A stretch of 64,000 bases of DNA from Girardia tigrina. Taxonomy: Eukaryota. The notes under the pieces were generated by a model, which was not told the origin of the DNA, searched no databases, and saw only the letters and a list, made by a program, of their open reading frames with translations. The position numbers and the translations under genes were made by a program. The stretch covers positions 18,114-82,113 of the forward strand of contig MQRK01232790.1 in NCBI GenBank assembly GCA_001938485.1. The letters run 5' to 3'. Below, in pieces: positions 14,331 through 28,217 of this stretch (position 1 is its first letter; each line of letters opens with the position of its first letter).

Positions 14331-14614
14331 ATGTTTCAATGAGCATAATACTTCGGTTTCAGGAAGTGCCCAACAACAATATCAATTCACACCATATATT
14401 AAACTAAACAACATTTTACCAATAAATTATGGATTGAAATGAATTTATTTCATTTTTCTTAGAAATTAAGTGATGTTTCAATGAGCATAATACTTCGGTA
14501 TCAGGAAGTGCCCAACAACAATATCAATTCACACCATATATTAAACTAAACAACATTTTACCAATAAATTATGGATTGAAATGAATTTATTTCATTTTTC
14601 TTAGAAATTAAGTG
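14331..14614. repeat. 142-bp tandem duplication
   Basis: 14331-14472 and 14473-14614 appear identical except for one substitution. Confidence 0.92.
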
Positions 14615-14690
14615 AAAATTAACGCCATTAATTCCTTTCTTGCAAATCGACTATTGACAGCTATCAACTGATGTTTTAGAAAACGATATA

Positions 14691-15281
14691 CAGGTTTGGC
14701 TCAAAGGTTTCTGTCGAAATTTCAATAGCAAATGAATGCACTCAAATAACCCTCTCATAACCCAATGCGCTCAGCAATTTTTCTTGTTGTAGCTCGCCGA
14801 TCTTCTTTGAGAACAGTTAGTATCTTCTATTCCAAATTGTAGGACGGCCGTCCACTGCGTGGTTCATCCTCACAGACAAAGTTTCCACTATTGAATTTTG
14901 CTACCCAGTCGGAGCATGTTCTGTGGTCAACTGTGCCTTCACCAAGGATGCGGTTGATTTGTTTATGATTATTGGCAGTTGACATTCCTCTCTTTCAGTT
15001 GTAATAAATGATTTTTCTAATATCTTCTCGAAAAAACTGCATTTTCAGTACAAATACTCACTAGAAAAACGAAAAATATTTGTAATAGATTTAAACAATG
15101 TTTAATTTCATACAAATTAAATATTTTAGTATAAAAGTTCTGTTCAAATTGTGAAAATTTTAACATATATTGTTAAAAAAAACTTCTGAAAAGTACATAG
15201 TAAAAATTTCATTAACAGCGAATGCATAGAACTAATTTTAAAAAGCTTTATTCATCGGCAGAAACTTTTGAACCAAACCAG
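14691..15281 (-). mobile_element. Internally deleted non-autonomous mariner
   Basis: TA-flanked TIRs caggtttggctcaaaggtttctg / cagaaacttttgaaccaaaccag. Only the HTH half remains (EDEPRSGRP). Confidence 0.8.
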
Positions 15282-15426
15282 TATTTACTCTTTCGTAACA
15301 TCATTTAATGGATAATCGAGACATTTGATAAGGATAAAAATTGACAGCCAACCAAACTCTAAATTTTAGAGTAAATTGAAGTAATCAAACTTTATCTAAA
15401 ATACAAATAATATTTATTTCTATATA

Positions 15427-16567
15427 TTAGGTTTTCCTAAAAGTTCCTAGTCAAGAATGAAAAATACAATTTTTTGTGCAAGAATTTATTTTAAATAAAT
15501 AACAATTAATCTTTAAAGTACAGTTCATTGTTTTTGACTACTTTCTGCCAATGGTCTACAAGCTTTCGGATCTGGTCAAAGTACTATTACGGCTGCTTCG
15601 AATTGAAAAACTCTTTAAATACGTGTTCAAATTCATCGAATGCTTTGAATCGGCGGCCTTTCAAGAAATGTTACATGGATCGGTAGAGGCCATAGTCGGA
15701 TGGAGCGCAATCAGGACTGCAAACACGATGCGACAGGATTTCGACTCCATCTAACTCTTGGAACCTTGCCGCAGTCTTCTTGGCGTTATGCATCTTGATA
15801 TTGTCTTGCTGAAGCAGTGCAAGTTTTCGGTTGATTAATGCAGGGTACTTCTCCCTGAGCTTCTCATAGACACGTTCCAGCTGTTGACAATAGAGTTCTG
15901 CATTGATGGTCTGGCCGTTCTGAACCAATTCAAAGTACATGGAGCCCATCACTTGTCTCGGTTGTGGTTGAGCAATTAGACCCACTTCTCGTTCAACGTC
16001 ACAATTCGTTTCCAAAAGCGGTCATTACATGGATTCATCCAATGGTTGTCGGGAAATTTGGGCTCTTTTATCTGCCTGTGCTTTGTGAGTTTGTGTGGAT
16101 CTTGACACGGTTTCTTGTGCACAAATTCAAGCTGCTTCAAATGCCAATGTACGGTTGACTTGCCAACTCCAAGCTTAAATGCCAAATCGCGAGTGCTTGA
16201 CGAAGGCATCACGTCCAACTAAGCTTGCAAGTCATCGTTATCTAATTTTGTTTGTCGTCCAGAACGAGGACTGTCATTCAAGTCAAAGTTACCTTTATTG
16301 AAACGCTTGAACCAATCAATTACCGTATTTTTTCCGATAGTTTGCGTACCTTCAACTTTGCAAATTGCCTTGGCAGCATCTCGTGTTGTTAAGCCTTTCT
16401 TCCAATAGTGACGCAGCAACTCACGGATTTCATGCTTTGTAATCTCGTAGTCCATATAATGCTAAAAATAAATTGATATATATATCAATATCAAATAAAT
16501 AATGTCAAAAGGAAATTTGAAAAAAAAGTATTTTCATTATTGACCGGGAACTTTTAGGACAATCTAA
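15427..16567 (-). mobile_element. Mariner (DD34D) element, frameshifted transposase
   Basis: TA-TTAGG TIRs. Fragments MDYEITKHEIRELL...RSGRQ, RIVTLNEKWV, LQQDN and SPDCAPSDYGLYRSM. Confidence 0.92.
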
Positions 16568-17094
16568 TATAACAATATTCTAACAAATAATGCTTCATAA
16601 AAACATTTTTATATTTCCACATACCCACCGACTTTGTCTTTATTCAAATGTAAATCCTTTCTTTCCAAATCGTTTACAGAATTATTGCTTTTATCGTCAA
16701 AGTCTTGAAAAGTAAGATTTAATTTTTTTGTTAAACTAACCAAGTTCCACTGAATGTTCCCAGTCTCCAACCTGGTACATATGAAAGAACACACTGTTTT
16801 CAGATTTTTCAGACGAATTTGTTTTGAAATTAAAATTGAGTATTCCAAAATTTTCTAAAAATTCGTTTACCGGTAAACCGGTAAATTACCGGTATATATA
16901 TACATATATATATATTTTGTCTTTAATAAGAGATAATTCATGGCCCTTTTCATCACATACTTTTCTAGGCCTTTATCATTTTTCGTTGGAGAACGGGTAA
17001 ATGGAAAAACAACAGACCTAATATTTTTAATCAAAACATCAATCTCCATATTTTTAAATTCGAAAGCCCCCTATATCCTCTTCAATTTATTTTA

Positions 17095-17415
17095 TTTTCT
17101 CCCACCCAGATGGAAGATTGATATTTTAAATATTTTAAAAATTAAATAACTAACTTAATAAGTGAATTAATATATCATAAATAATATATGTAAAATTTAT
17201 TTCGTAATTTAAGTTATTAATTATTTCGAAATTGAATTGTGAATTAATTGTAGTTTAAATTTGTTTAAATAATAAAACGTTTAGAAATAGAATTTTAAAA
17301 TCCATCAATCAAGAACGGTTAATAGTTACTAATGTTTTGTGGAGAATTGTCCTAGTGGCAATTCAAATTGTGATAACAATAAATGTATTAAAGATCCAAT
17401 AAGTGTTGTTAATAA
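17095..17415 (+). repeat. 5'-truncated copy of the TGTGAGG LTR-like repeat
   Basis: Aligns by eye to 5670-6035. Confidence 0.55.
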
Positions 17416-17730
17416 TTGGGTTTCAGTGTTTTATTAATATTGAGTCACATTACTGTCTGTCGTAATTTTAATGTAAACCCTTCTGTAAAATACAAAAACT
17501 GATCTTGTGAAACGAAAGAGGTTCAATTCTTACAATGTAACCGAAAATCAAGAACCTTACTTGATGATCACTAATTACTTAGGATGAAGTATGAATTTTC
17601 GGAACCTGTTCAATAACCAATTTCTTAAAAAAAGATTTGCACACACACACACACAGACATATATATATATATATATATATNNNNNNNNNNNNNNNNNNNN
17701 NNNNNNNNNNNNNNNNNNNNNNNNNNNNNN

Positions 17731-17780
<50 letters not shown>

Positions 17781-18028
17781 TAAAGAATTATAATAATATT
17801 AATAACAATGTATTAAAATAATGTATTGGATAAAGTAAAGTTGTATTATTACTACTAAACATGCTAAATAAGTTCGAAATTTTGTTATCATCCTTATATT
17901 TATAGATATAAAAATTATACAATATTTTAATCAACTTTAATTCACAAACCGAAGTTCAAAGAACATTTTAAGCCGTTTTTAATTGGATTTTCTTAAAAAA
18001 ATCATTTATCAATAATTTATTTATTAAA

Positions 18029-18164
18029 ATGTCAGAATCATCAAATGATGAGGAGAATGTGTTCGACGTGGTCGTCGTTGGGGCGGGCCTGAGCGGAATG
18101 ACCGCTGCATACAGATTATACAAGATGAAACCAAATCTATCAATTAAAATTCTTGAGGCAAAAG
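18029..18164 (+). CDS. Flavin-containing amine oxidase (MAO-like), exon 1
   Basis: MSESSNDEENVFDVVVVGAGLSGMTAAYRLYKMKPNLSIKILEAK contains the FAD-binding GxGxxG motif. GT donor at 18165, phase 1. Confidence 0.93.
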
Positions 18165-19793
18165 GTACATTTCTTCCTTTTTATTTATTTATTCAAAATA
18201 TATATTATATAAATTTAAGTTTGTCATTTTTTTTGTATTTGGTTGTTTTTATTTACTCACAAATGCCGACTGAGATTAATGTTAATAATAAAAATGTCAT
18301 AATTTGACAAGTTAATTAAATTTTTTATTTAAATTTCTCAAAATCATTTGATTTAATATTTGTTTTTTGTGAAGTAAATAAATTGAAAAATATTTTAAAT
18401 AATAAAGATTTTGTAAATTTGTATTTATCATTTTATTGGTAATTTGTAGTTTTTAGGGAGATTCAACCGACCGCATGTTAATCTTTTAGGTGGGGACATT
18501 CTAAAAGAGACCTTCAAAGGGGTTTAAGATCCTTACAAGGTTTTCTCATCCTAAAATTTCAAAAGAAAGACACCTAAATTTTTGATCGAGTCAAAGTGGT
18601 TTCATAATTTATAATATCATAAATTTTATTTTACAAAACTAAAGAAAGAGCTAAAAACTACAAGTAAAAAGGTTTGACTAATTGGGTCTTAAGTCTTAAC
18701 TACCGGATATAGATAAATCTTTAACTGATAACACAATTTTTATATTGATATGAACATTCGAAAGTCTGTCGTCGGATCGGTGATAGTTTTGAGAGATACG
18801 AGATTGTAAATATATAACATGCCTAATATTTTTATTTTGTTTCTCTATTTTAAGGGGTCATCTGAAATATATTTAAACCAGAAACAGTTATGTATTGACT
18901 TTCATCAGTTACCCATTTGAGGTATTCTAAAACCAACTAGGAAACGATGAATATATGAAAATCTTTTCGTATTTTGTAAATAAATACATTCACGCTATAT
19001 AATTCTGAAAAATATATAGTGCATTTTAAGAATATTTTAAGTAAAATCTATGAAGATAGATGCGGCTCAAGATAATATAAAAGTAGAAGAAGTTGTTATA
19101 GAGAATTGTATAAATGAACTGAAGAATGTTAATAAAATCAATGAAATGCATCTGAGCGTAAGATTGATGGATGTGAAAATGATTGAAATGATTAGATTTG
19201 AACGTGAAACTGAACGAGTAAATATGGATTCAAATTCATTAGTGTTTGAACAAAAGAACCGAAAAGATTCGGAAATTAAAGTTCTAAAAACAACGAGAAA
19301 AGAAAAGATATTAAAATTGAAAGAAAGCAATTATATGAATGAAATTTGAATAATGAATGATTTGAATGAAAGTGTTGCAGAAAGTATTTATTTAAATTAT
19401 TTAGAGTTTAGTTCAATGATGTGTGATGAGCAGGAAGTGGAAAATCAAAGTATTTTAATAAAAGGAAAAATAAATTTGGATTTATCGGAATTTAAATTTT
19501 ATTAGCTCAATTTATAATTCAAATATATTATATTTATATTCGAAAATCCTTCCTGCAATATTAAATTCAAATTATACATTTATTTTTGTTTTATTTGAAT
19601 GACAATCACTGTTTCGTTTTATTAATTTAATTTGCTGAATCTTTTTCATATTCAAATATATAAGCATAAATTCAATAGTTAAATAAAAAAAAGCAAATAG
19701 ACTAAAAAAATAATTTAAATAAATACAACAAATAAAAATAAAAAGAATTTTATTAAATTTATTAAATGATCTTCATTTTTTTTAACGAACGAT

Positions 19794-19953
19794 TGACTCA
19801 TTGAGTCACGTTTCAATATTTTAATATCAGCATTCTTTTGATTGATCAGTGTGAGTGACTGTGCCGGTGTGTTGGTGATTGGCTGTGTGTGTTTGAGAGC
19901 TCGAGTGATATAAGAGAGTTAGAATGTAAACTCGCTCTGATTGGCTAGCCAAT
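19794..19953. promoter_or_regulatory. Cluster of AP-1 and CCAAT motifs, probably TE-derived
   Basis: TGACTCA-T-TGAGTCA (19794-19808), ATTGG (19878), GATATAAG, and palindromic ATTGGCTAGCCAAT (19940-19953). Confidence 0.3.
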
Positions 19954-22900
19954 GACCAGGAGTGAAATTAAAATTGTCTCTTTTTTAATCTGATTTTTGA
20001 ATTATTACAAATTTTTTTTATTCTGACGAAACAAATTTAAATCTGAGATTTAATTGTCGAGTTTTTGCGAACGATTATTATTTATATAAGAAATCTGAGT
20101 TTTAAATTGACCAGTTTTTTGCGAACTATTATTATTTTTCGAAACAAAATCTGAAATTTAATTTCCAATTTTCACGAATTGAATTTTTCTACGTACGACG
20201 AGTTGTTTTGATTATCTGATAGAAAGAAAAAATTGCTTTTTTAAAGAATATATTTTTGAAAATAAGTTCATTACTTTCACTCGATTTATGAACAATCAAT
20301 CCATTTAAAAAATTTACCTTCAACTTTATTTGCAGATAAATTTCAAAACAACATAAATGAACGATATCAATATAAAATGGGTCCAGTACTACGAGTGTGA
20401 GCTAATGGTTCACATGTGAAACTCTGCTACCACCGTCCGGTCTTAGAGGTAAACCGGGAATTGGGCGGAACATGAATGAAATTGCTATGTCTTTAGAAAA
20501 CATGAAAGAATCATTTGTTAGAGAAATTGTGGACGAATTGATTAGAACATGTAATGGAAAAGATTCGTTTGATACAATAAAAGCAAAAGATCTAAGTAAT
20601 AAAATGGATAAAATGTTGGGAATCGATGCACAGAAAGCGTTTCCAAGATAATTTAAAAAACCTTCAAATGTTTAGAACGAAAATCGCAGTAACAAAATTG
20701 GAAATTGATACAAATGAAAATAGGAAAGTAATTAAAATAAAAGATTGTGAATGTGAAGAAATAAATAATTTGTTAATAATTTAAGCAATGATTGATAAGG
20801 TGTTGAATTTCCATGAGCTAGGAATATTTTATTTAGAATGGAGTGCGATGAGTACAATGATTGGATGAGTTGAAAGGGATTTGATTCAAGCGGAATTATC
20901 TGCCAAATTAATAAGTTATAAAAAAAACTTTGAGTGGTAAAAAAAATAATCGAAAATTGAAAAAATTGGAATTAAGAATTATTCAAATATTAAGAGAACA
21001 GTCGTTGCAATACTGAAGTACAATGTTATGAATTCAAAAACGATAACGTACGGTGGAAAATGTTTGTAAATAAGTGTTGATGGAATTGCAGAGAAGGAAA
21101 AAAACGGAAGCAAGAAGTATCTCCCAATTGGAAAATCTTTAAAAACAAGTATTGAGGGAAAGACTGCAGCAGTCAGGAGGCGAAGTTCACCAATGAGAAG
21201 CTTGGGCTTTGGAAACAGCTTATGTCACGGTGGTGGCGCTCTTTTTAAAATAAACCCTTTATTTCAATACAATTTCTAGTTTTCAAATTTCCTGCTTTAC
21301 GTTCGTTAATAAAACACTAAAATTTAATTACGCTGCTACAGTCTAAAAACGAGTTGTCTTAAAAATCCAGGTCCATATATGTAAATTATTATTCTAATCT
21401 ATCCCCAAAATATTTCTTATTCCAGAAGTCTGTTAAAGACAGCAGTAAATTAATTGATCACCGATGCCATCGTATTTAGGGTGACAGGAAATATTCATTA
21501 GAGTTTGTTATAGAATATCGATATTTCTTCTTTGCAATAATTTATGGCAGAATTTCTTTCTGAGAGAAAATTCCGATAATTCTGTTTGTAACGGGCAAAA
21601 ATTAAATTGTAAAATAAACAAACAAATTGAATTTTAAAAAATAAATAATATAAAATGTAAAATTGCAATTTGGAAAGCGAACCGTGACGTTTCCGAGAAT
21701 TTAGTAAATGCTAAACAGATAATATTGCGTTATTATGAATACCGATGGCACTTCTCTGTTTTATTATATTTTCAATAAATATAAATATAAAAGATAATTC
21801 ATGGTTGAAGATCAAAATGTAAAGTAAAAATATCTATTCTCGATTGTATAAAATCGTATGTGCCTTCAGAATCGTATTTAATAATTTCTAATTAAATGTT
21901 TCCAACATATTTATGACAGAAATTATTTATTTTTTATATATTTCCTTTTACACTTCAATACTTTACTCTTTCATTAAATATATAACATATCCCAAAATTA
22001 GAGAAGGGACAATAAATGTATACTTAAGAATAAACGTATAACAAAAGCAAGTACACTCACGTGTGACCAATTATAAATATATTAATTATATATAATTATA
22101 CTAATTATATATAAATTGTTATAGATTGTTAATCCTCGTCTGAAATGTTTTCAATATCTTTCCTTTAACCTTTAAGCAGTATTGCTGGGAGGTTAAAATC
22201 AAAATATGAAAAGATATTTAGGAATGATGGACCATGTATATCTCATTAGATAAAAAGAATGTTGTAGGGCTTCAAACTATTAAAATAATTCCACCTCTGT
22301 TACACTACAAAGAAGAAAAACATTTTAGATGCTTTCCCAAAATATTTTGTTCCTGCTACTACTTTACTGGATTGTAAATAGTATCACTCGTCTGGTTGAG
22401 AAGACTCTGGTTGATATTATTACTGTAAAAAAGTGTTTATCTTTGAAAAAAAAGTCCACTAAAATTTGTTTACGATTTCTGTAATGGTATTCTTTGGCCG
22501 AATGATGATTTTCTTTCTTTTCTTGAGGCTTGAAGGCTAATTCTGGGTCATTTCCTCGATAAGGCCAAAATTCTAAGTCATTCAATTACACTTTTGAAGG
22601 ATTTGTGTATATTTGATTGTCTTCTTTATATTCAGATTCTATGACGATTTCTTCAGGCATCTGGACAAAATGCATTGTATCATCATGTTCACTATCACCA
22701 TCCTTAGAAGAAATTAAAACTTTGACAGATTGAAACCATGAGTCTCAGATTATATTGCGGAGAGAATATTAGAATGAACAATCATATTCTATCTTTTTCT
22801 TATTTATCTTTACATTCACACAAACTATGGGAATATCAAATAAAATTCCTTTGCATTAACTTTTTGTTTAGGCAGTGAGCGTTTGTATAGAAATATGACA

Positions 22901-23012
22901 TACATATGAGGAGCTCAATAGTTCCTTTTGATCGCCAAAAGAAACCTGATGATAGGCAATATATACACGTGTCCAAAATGATAATATATTGTGTCACTGA
23001 TTTTGAAGTGTG

Positions 23013-23043
<31 letters not shown>

Positions 23044-23048
<5 letters not shown>

Positions 23049-24252
23049 ACTGAGTGCAAAAAATATTACTAACTTTAAAATCCTCTATCTTCAAAACCAT
23101 ATTTTTGATTGGAAAAATACCGACTGTTTTGATAAAAATGTGTTTAATTCAAAATAGTTTTGGTAAGCTAAGAAAGATTATTTATTTTTTTAATAAATTC
23201 TGCGAGCTTTTCCGGAATGCCTGTCATTAGACTTGCAATTGCAGTTTCTGTCAAGTTTTTTTGTTGTATTATTCCACTTTTTCCGAAAATCTGCAATTGT
23301 CTGTACCTTCTTGTTTGTTTTTTTAATTGCCTTTTTACCAGGGCGCAATATCTTTCGATTGGGTGAAGCTCAGGGCAATTTGTGGGTTTGCCTCTCTTTG
23401 CATCAAATCGGCGTTATTGTCTTGACTTATGAATGTTAATAAACGCTTTTGCAAGCACTCCTTCACATAGACTTCTGTGTTTATAGTGCCAGATGTGACA
23501 AAGCATTAACTTCCTTTCCCGCATCCACATATAGCCTGTCAAACAAGAATTCTTTTGGAAACTTAGATGTTTTCTTGCTTTTACAATTTTCTTCGACTCC
23601 TCCTCTTTTAGTTGCAGAGTAAAATTCATGCCCGGCTAGTTTTCCGGCGGGAAAACTTGCAGAGTACATAAGTCTCATCATCCATAATGCAACATTTTTT
23701 CTTCGCAAGAAAACCAGATTTCAACTTTCTGACTCGCTGCTGCGTCTTTACGTTCTTGTTTGCGTTCCGGTCTGGTATTGTTTGAACTTTATACGTTTTC
23801 AAACCCACAGATTGTATAATTTTCTAAAATGTTTTCTCGCTACAATTTGCCTTTACCGCCAGTTTTCGATTTGATAGATGAGGATTTCTCTCAAACAGAG
23901 CCTTTACTTTCTTCACAATCTGTGTACACGAAAAACCCTTTCTTCTTTCCGAACAAATTTTTCTAAAAACATTCAAGTATTCATTGAAGTTTTTAATAAC
24001 ACTAGAAACTGTTTTCTGACGAACCTTTGTCTTTCTTGTAGATTTTCTTGAAATAAACAAATAATTAATTCGCGACTTCCAGTTTCTGACGACATTTTCA
24101 TGAAAAATGAAATTTAAAAATGAATACCAAAATGAATTTTACTTTGATTTATTCAAATAACAGCCTACTTGATTAATTTTTTTGTAAATTGTGAATTTAT
24201 TTTGGAGTTACAGAGATTAAAAGTTAGTAATATTTTTCGCACTCAGTCCTTA
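23044..24252 (-). mobile_element. Tc1/mariner-superfamily element, DD37E(TRT)-like, decayed
   Basis: TIRs taaggactgagtgc(a/g)aaaaatattactaacttt. Motifs CIMDDETYV and NCPELHPIERYCALVK. One end abuts a (TA)n tract. Confidence 0.85.
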
Positions 24253-25964
24253 AATAGCAGAAGACAACAATCACTCTTACTTGAAGAAGCCATGATTCAA
24301 TCTAAAATTGAAACTTAAAAATTGAATGAAATAGTTTCAATTTAACACCAATTTATGGCACATAGTGTAACAAAAAGAAATTCAAATTGTATAAAAACTA
24401 AAACATTGACCAAAACACTGATCTCAGAATTGGAATCAGTGATTCAGGAATACATAGTAAAGGGTCTAGACCCTGATACGATAGAAATTAAAAGAAACGT
24501 TTACTTTATGTTATTTATAAGTAAAACCTGTTTGTTATTTCATCTTAAGAAATAATAGCAAAAAATACTGATTCAAGAAAAAATAAAATATTTTTAGGAA
24601 AAATTCGCAAATAATTAGTAAAAGCAATTTACATTTGCATCACAATCTAGTAAAAATATGTTCTCAATGAGGAGGATAAAATACGCCTCTGCGTTTAATA
24701 GAGAAACTATCACGTCGTCTTTTTAGTAATGTAACTTTATGTTCTAAAAGTGGTAATTAATTTTTGAGTTTAATGAAAATAATCTAAAACAGAAAGGATA
24801 ATGTAAAAAGAGAAAGTATAAGATACATTCTTAAGAAAAATCAATGTTCAATTAATTTTTTATATTTTGTCCCTTACTTTTATCAGCGAATAGAATATAA
24901 ATTATTCACGATCTCTTATGTCTTTTTAATTATTAAATTCATTTTATAATTATGTAAAATTCATCCAATTTTGAATGTAATTTAATCTGAATAATTAAAG
25001 AGGTTTTATTGATTAATACCCAAAAATGAAAAAAGTAAAGCAGTCTCAAAATTAAATATGTTCAATTATCATAAAGGATATAAAATTAATATAAATAAAG
25101 AAAAAAATAATAATTAATAGTTATTGTGAGGAATATTTTAAATTTGGTATGTTGAAATTGGTTTGTTGTATACTCTAAAAATTATCTAAATATTAAGTTG
25201 CTGAAGGCGATAGATCAATACAGCATTCCACATCAATTTCAATAAATCGTTATTTTTCATTCAGAACCGGGAGAAGGTAAAATTTTTATGAAGGGTTATC
25301 AAGAACAAGATTACAATTGTGTCTGGTAGATGGAACACTTAATATAGTTTTGTTCATTTTTTTAGCAGTATAGAATTAATTTTAAACTTGATGCTGGCAT
25401 TAATGCCAAGTAGAATCGGATAATATAGTGAAGACATTTTTTATATTCAAAACTGAAATCACTTTGAAATTGCTTGTGAGGGAATATGTAAGACAACAAA
25501 TAAAATAGAACAATGTCCATGTATATTTTAGTCGTTTTTTCACCTAACATTTAGGATATGTCGGCAAAGAATTTTTAGAGATAAAAATACAAAAAACTTC
25601 CTTTTTTCGAAGGATTTTAGATATTCGATTAGCTTTGTCTAAACGAAATCAAACTTTGAAACAACGAATGTCAAATATCGTTTACCGTTATTCCTTTTGG
25701 TCTTCCTGAAGTTTATAGCATATTTGTCTAGTGTTTAAAAAAAATTTCTTTATTAATGCATCATTTTTAAAAAAACCTAATTTTTAATAAAACAATGAAA
25801 TTAATTTTCAAAAAATATACTTTTTCAAATTATGTAATTTACTTGTTTGGTGAAAAAGTTGGTAAAAAAATATAAAATGTCGCAGTGATAAAGGTCCTGC
25901 TTAGTACCCATATTAGGTCTTCCTCACCATTATTTAACAATTATGAAAATGCTATATCAAAATC

Positions 25965-26330
25965 CAGAGCCGTAGTAAGGAAAAATAGCGCCCTGTGCGA
26001 AGTTCAAATCTGGCGCTCCCAGCACGAAAAAGATTCACTACTACAAATTATGTCTTAAAAGAATTAAATTTACTTTGGACGTTCGTATTCACATGCTCTA
26101 TGACGCAGCATTGATGCTTAAGCCTTGCATCGCCTAGCTATAAGAAAACATCAATTTATTCGGATAAATTCATGGATGCTTTGCCATTAAACAAAAAAGA
26201 CTACTTTAATTATTATTATAAAGTGATTAGCTTACAGAGATTTGATCAGTCAAAATTGGTCATTTTGCGATTTTGGCGCCCATGCACCCGGTGCGGCCGC
26301 ACCGCTCGTACCGCCCTCACTACGGTTCTG
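25965..26330. mobile_element. hAT-type MITE
   Basis: TIRs CAGAGCCGTAGT / ACTACGGTTCTG, perfect 8-bp TSD TCAAAATC, and GC-rich TGGCGC subterminal motifs. Confidence 0.92.
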
Positions 26331-27270
26331 TCAAAATCAATAATGAATAAGATTTAAAAGTTATATCACAATCTAATAAAACTAAAAATATTTTTTAAAC
26401 TAATCTTTTTAAATTTTTTAAATTTAAGCAATGTGTTCTAATATTTTCACAAATATGAATTTACCGGATGCGACACAACATATTCTCTGTTGAGAGGCTA
26501 ATCCTAGTCATCTCAGAAATCGAACAAAAGAACACAGTCAAAAAGAGGATAAAAGTAATATAGCTGAGCAAAGGAGAAAAGATAATGTAATGTAATTATG
26601 TATGAGTATTTTGATAGATATTGAAAAAGATTGTTCACTGAAGCATCATTGGTTAAGTCAGTCTTCCCTAAAATTAATGTCCAAATGGAACTATCAACAG
26701 GTGTTTACTGAGAATTTTTTAATTAGCATGATTACATGACACTGATTACTTAATCGTCAATTTGCACTTAAATTTGTGATTTACAAATTAGTCAGTAAGA
26801 CCAACGATTACAGTTGATCCATCGAATTATATTGTCTTAATAAAAAAATAAAAGATTTTTTATTGATTTTTTAATAATTTAAACTTTTTCGATTTACTCT
26901 TTTCGCTTCATCGGTTTTTTTCAAAAAAAAACAAAAATCATGTTATAAATAATTAAAAAGTTTGTCGCTCGATGCAAAACAAGAGGAATGACAGCTTTAC
27001 GACGTACAGTAAATTCATTTCAGGATGTCAAAAACATTTTAAATGACTCAAATGTTGAGGAAAACAGTTTTCGATAGTTCAATCAAATTGATTTAATATA
27101 ATTCTTTTAAAAAATATTTAACAAATATTTATTAATGCAATTTTTGCGTTTTTGTTTCTGTCTAATATAAGTTTTTTAAGAGCAACGCCATTGCAACTGG
27201 AAATTACGACTGTTTTTCTTTAGTGGAACACGTTTCGTTACCGTAAGAATATCACTATTATTTCTTTTAA

Positions 27271-28217
27271 CCCTTAAATCCCCATGCCAAGTCTCTTGAG
27301 GACGGCAAGCATATATTCTTTTGTAATAACTTGTTTATTTGTTCATTTTGGTCAAATTACTCCTAGGTATTTGTTGTTACATGCTTAGGCATTTTATTTC
27401 TCAGTATATTGGAATTTGTCGTCGCATGTTTATCAAATTAATCTGTGTCGTCCGGTTTTGGGTATATTTTGTATCCACAAAATTCAAACTATTAATTATT
27501 TTTTTCAAATATAAATAATATTAAAAGATTTGCACTGTGTAAATCTCATCAATGAAATAATAAAACACGAATTATTGTTAGTGTTTAATTATTATTCAAT
27601 ATTAACAATGGCACTGTCTGGTTTGAAGACCTTTTATGACGCATAAACCAGTTGCAGTTAGAACTATAACATTGGCCACGTCCACTGCTACACATAGATA
27701 ATTATAGATAATAATAATAATTGCTACATGTATAGATAATTACGTTTGATCTAGGTGTTAGTCTTAGTAGGATGCGTCGCAAAATTTAATATAAAATATA
27801 ATTCAAAATATAAATTTCATAAAATTGGTTCTAAGACACTGTGAAATATGCTTGAATAATGTTTTAGAGCATGAACCCGAAAGAGTAAATCTGGTTGATA
27901 ACTTGAAAGATGTTATCAACGTCCATGGAAAATGATAAAAATGTGTATGTCACATTCAGTACCTGTAAAATGTTTGTATGTAAAAAGCATAGAAAACTAC
28001 AGCAAATTATTATATGTAGAAATTTTTATTAAAATGAACTATATATAAATATTTATTATAAAAATCATAATAAAAATGTGGAAAAATATTATTATATAAA
28101 TTCATTTTTCTTTGAAAATATATACAAATTTATCATTAAACTAATCAAATTAAAGCGGTTCTAAGAGAACCCCGCTTGGGAATTTAAGTTGGTTTTAATA
28201 GTATGGGTACTTAAGAA
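27271..28217 (+). mobile_element. Non-autonomous piggyBac derivative
   Basis: TTAA-CCC left end and a degenerate right end with an internal repeat. A Cys-rich C-terminal remnant (STCKMFVCKKH) lies near 27960. Confidence 0.6.

Noticed and set aside
19050-19349. 99-aa E/K/N-rich ORF as a host gene
   Set aside because: Low complexity, no recognisable domain, and it continues into stop-ridden sequence; likely a retroelement remnant.
19985-20180. Spaced repeats as a CRISPR-like array
   Set aside because: Units are imperfect tandem copies without unique spacers, and there are no cas genes in this eukaryotic context.
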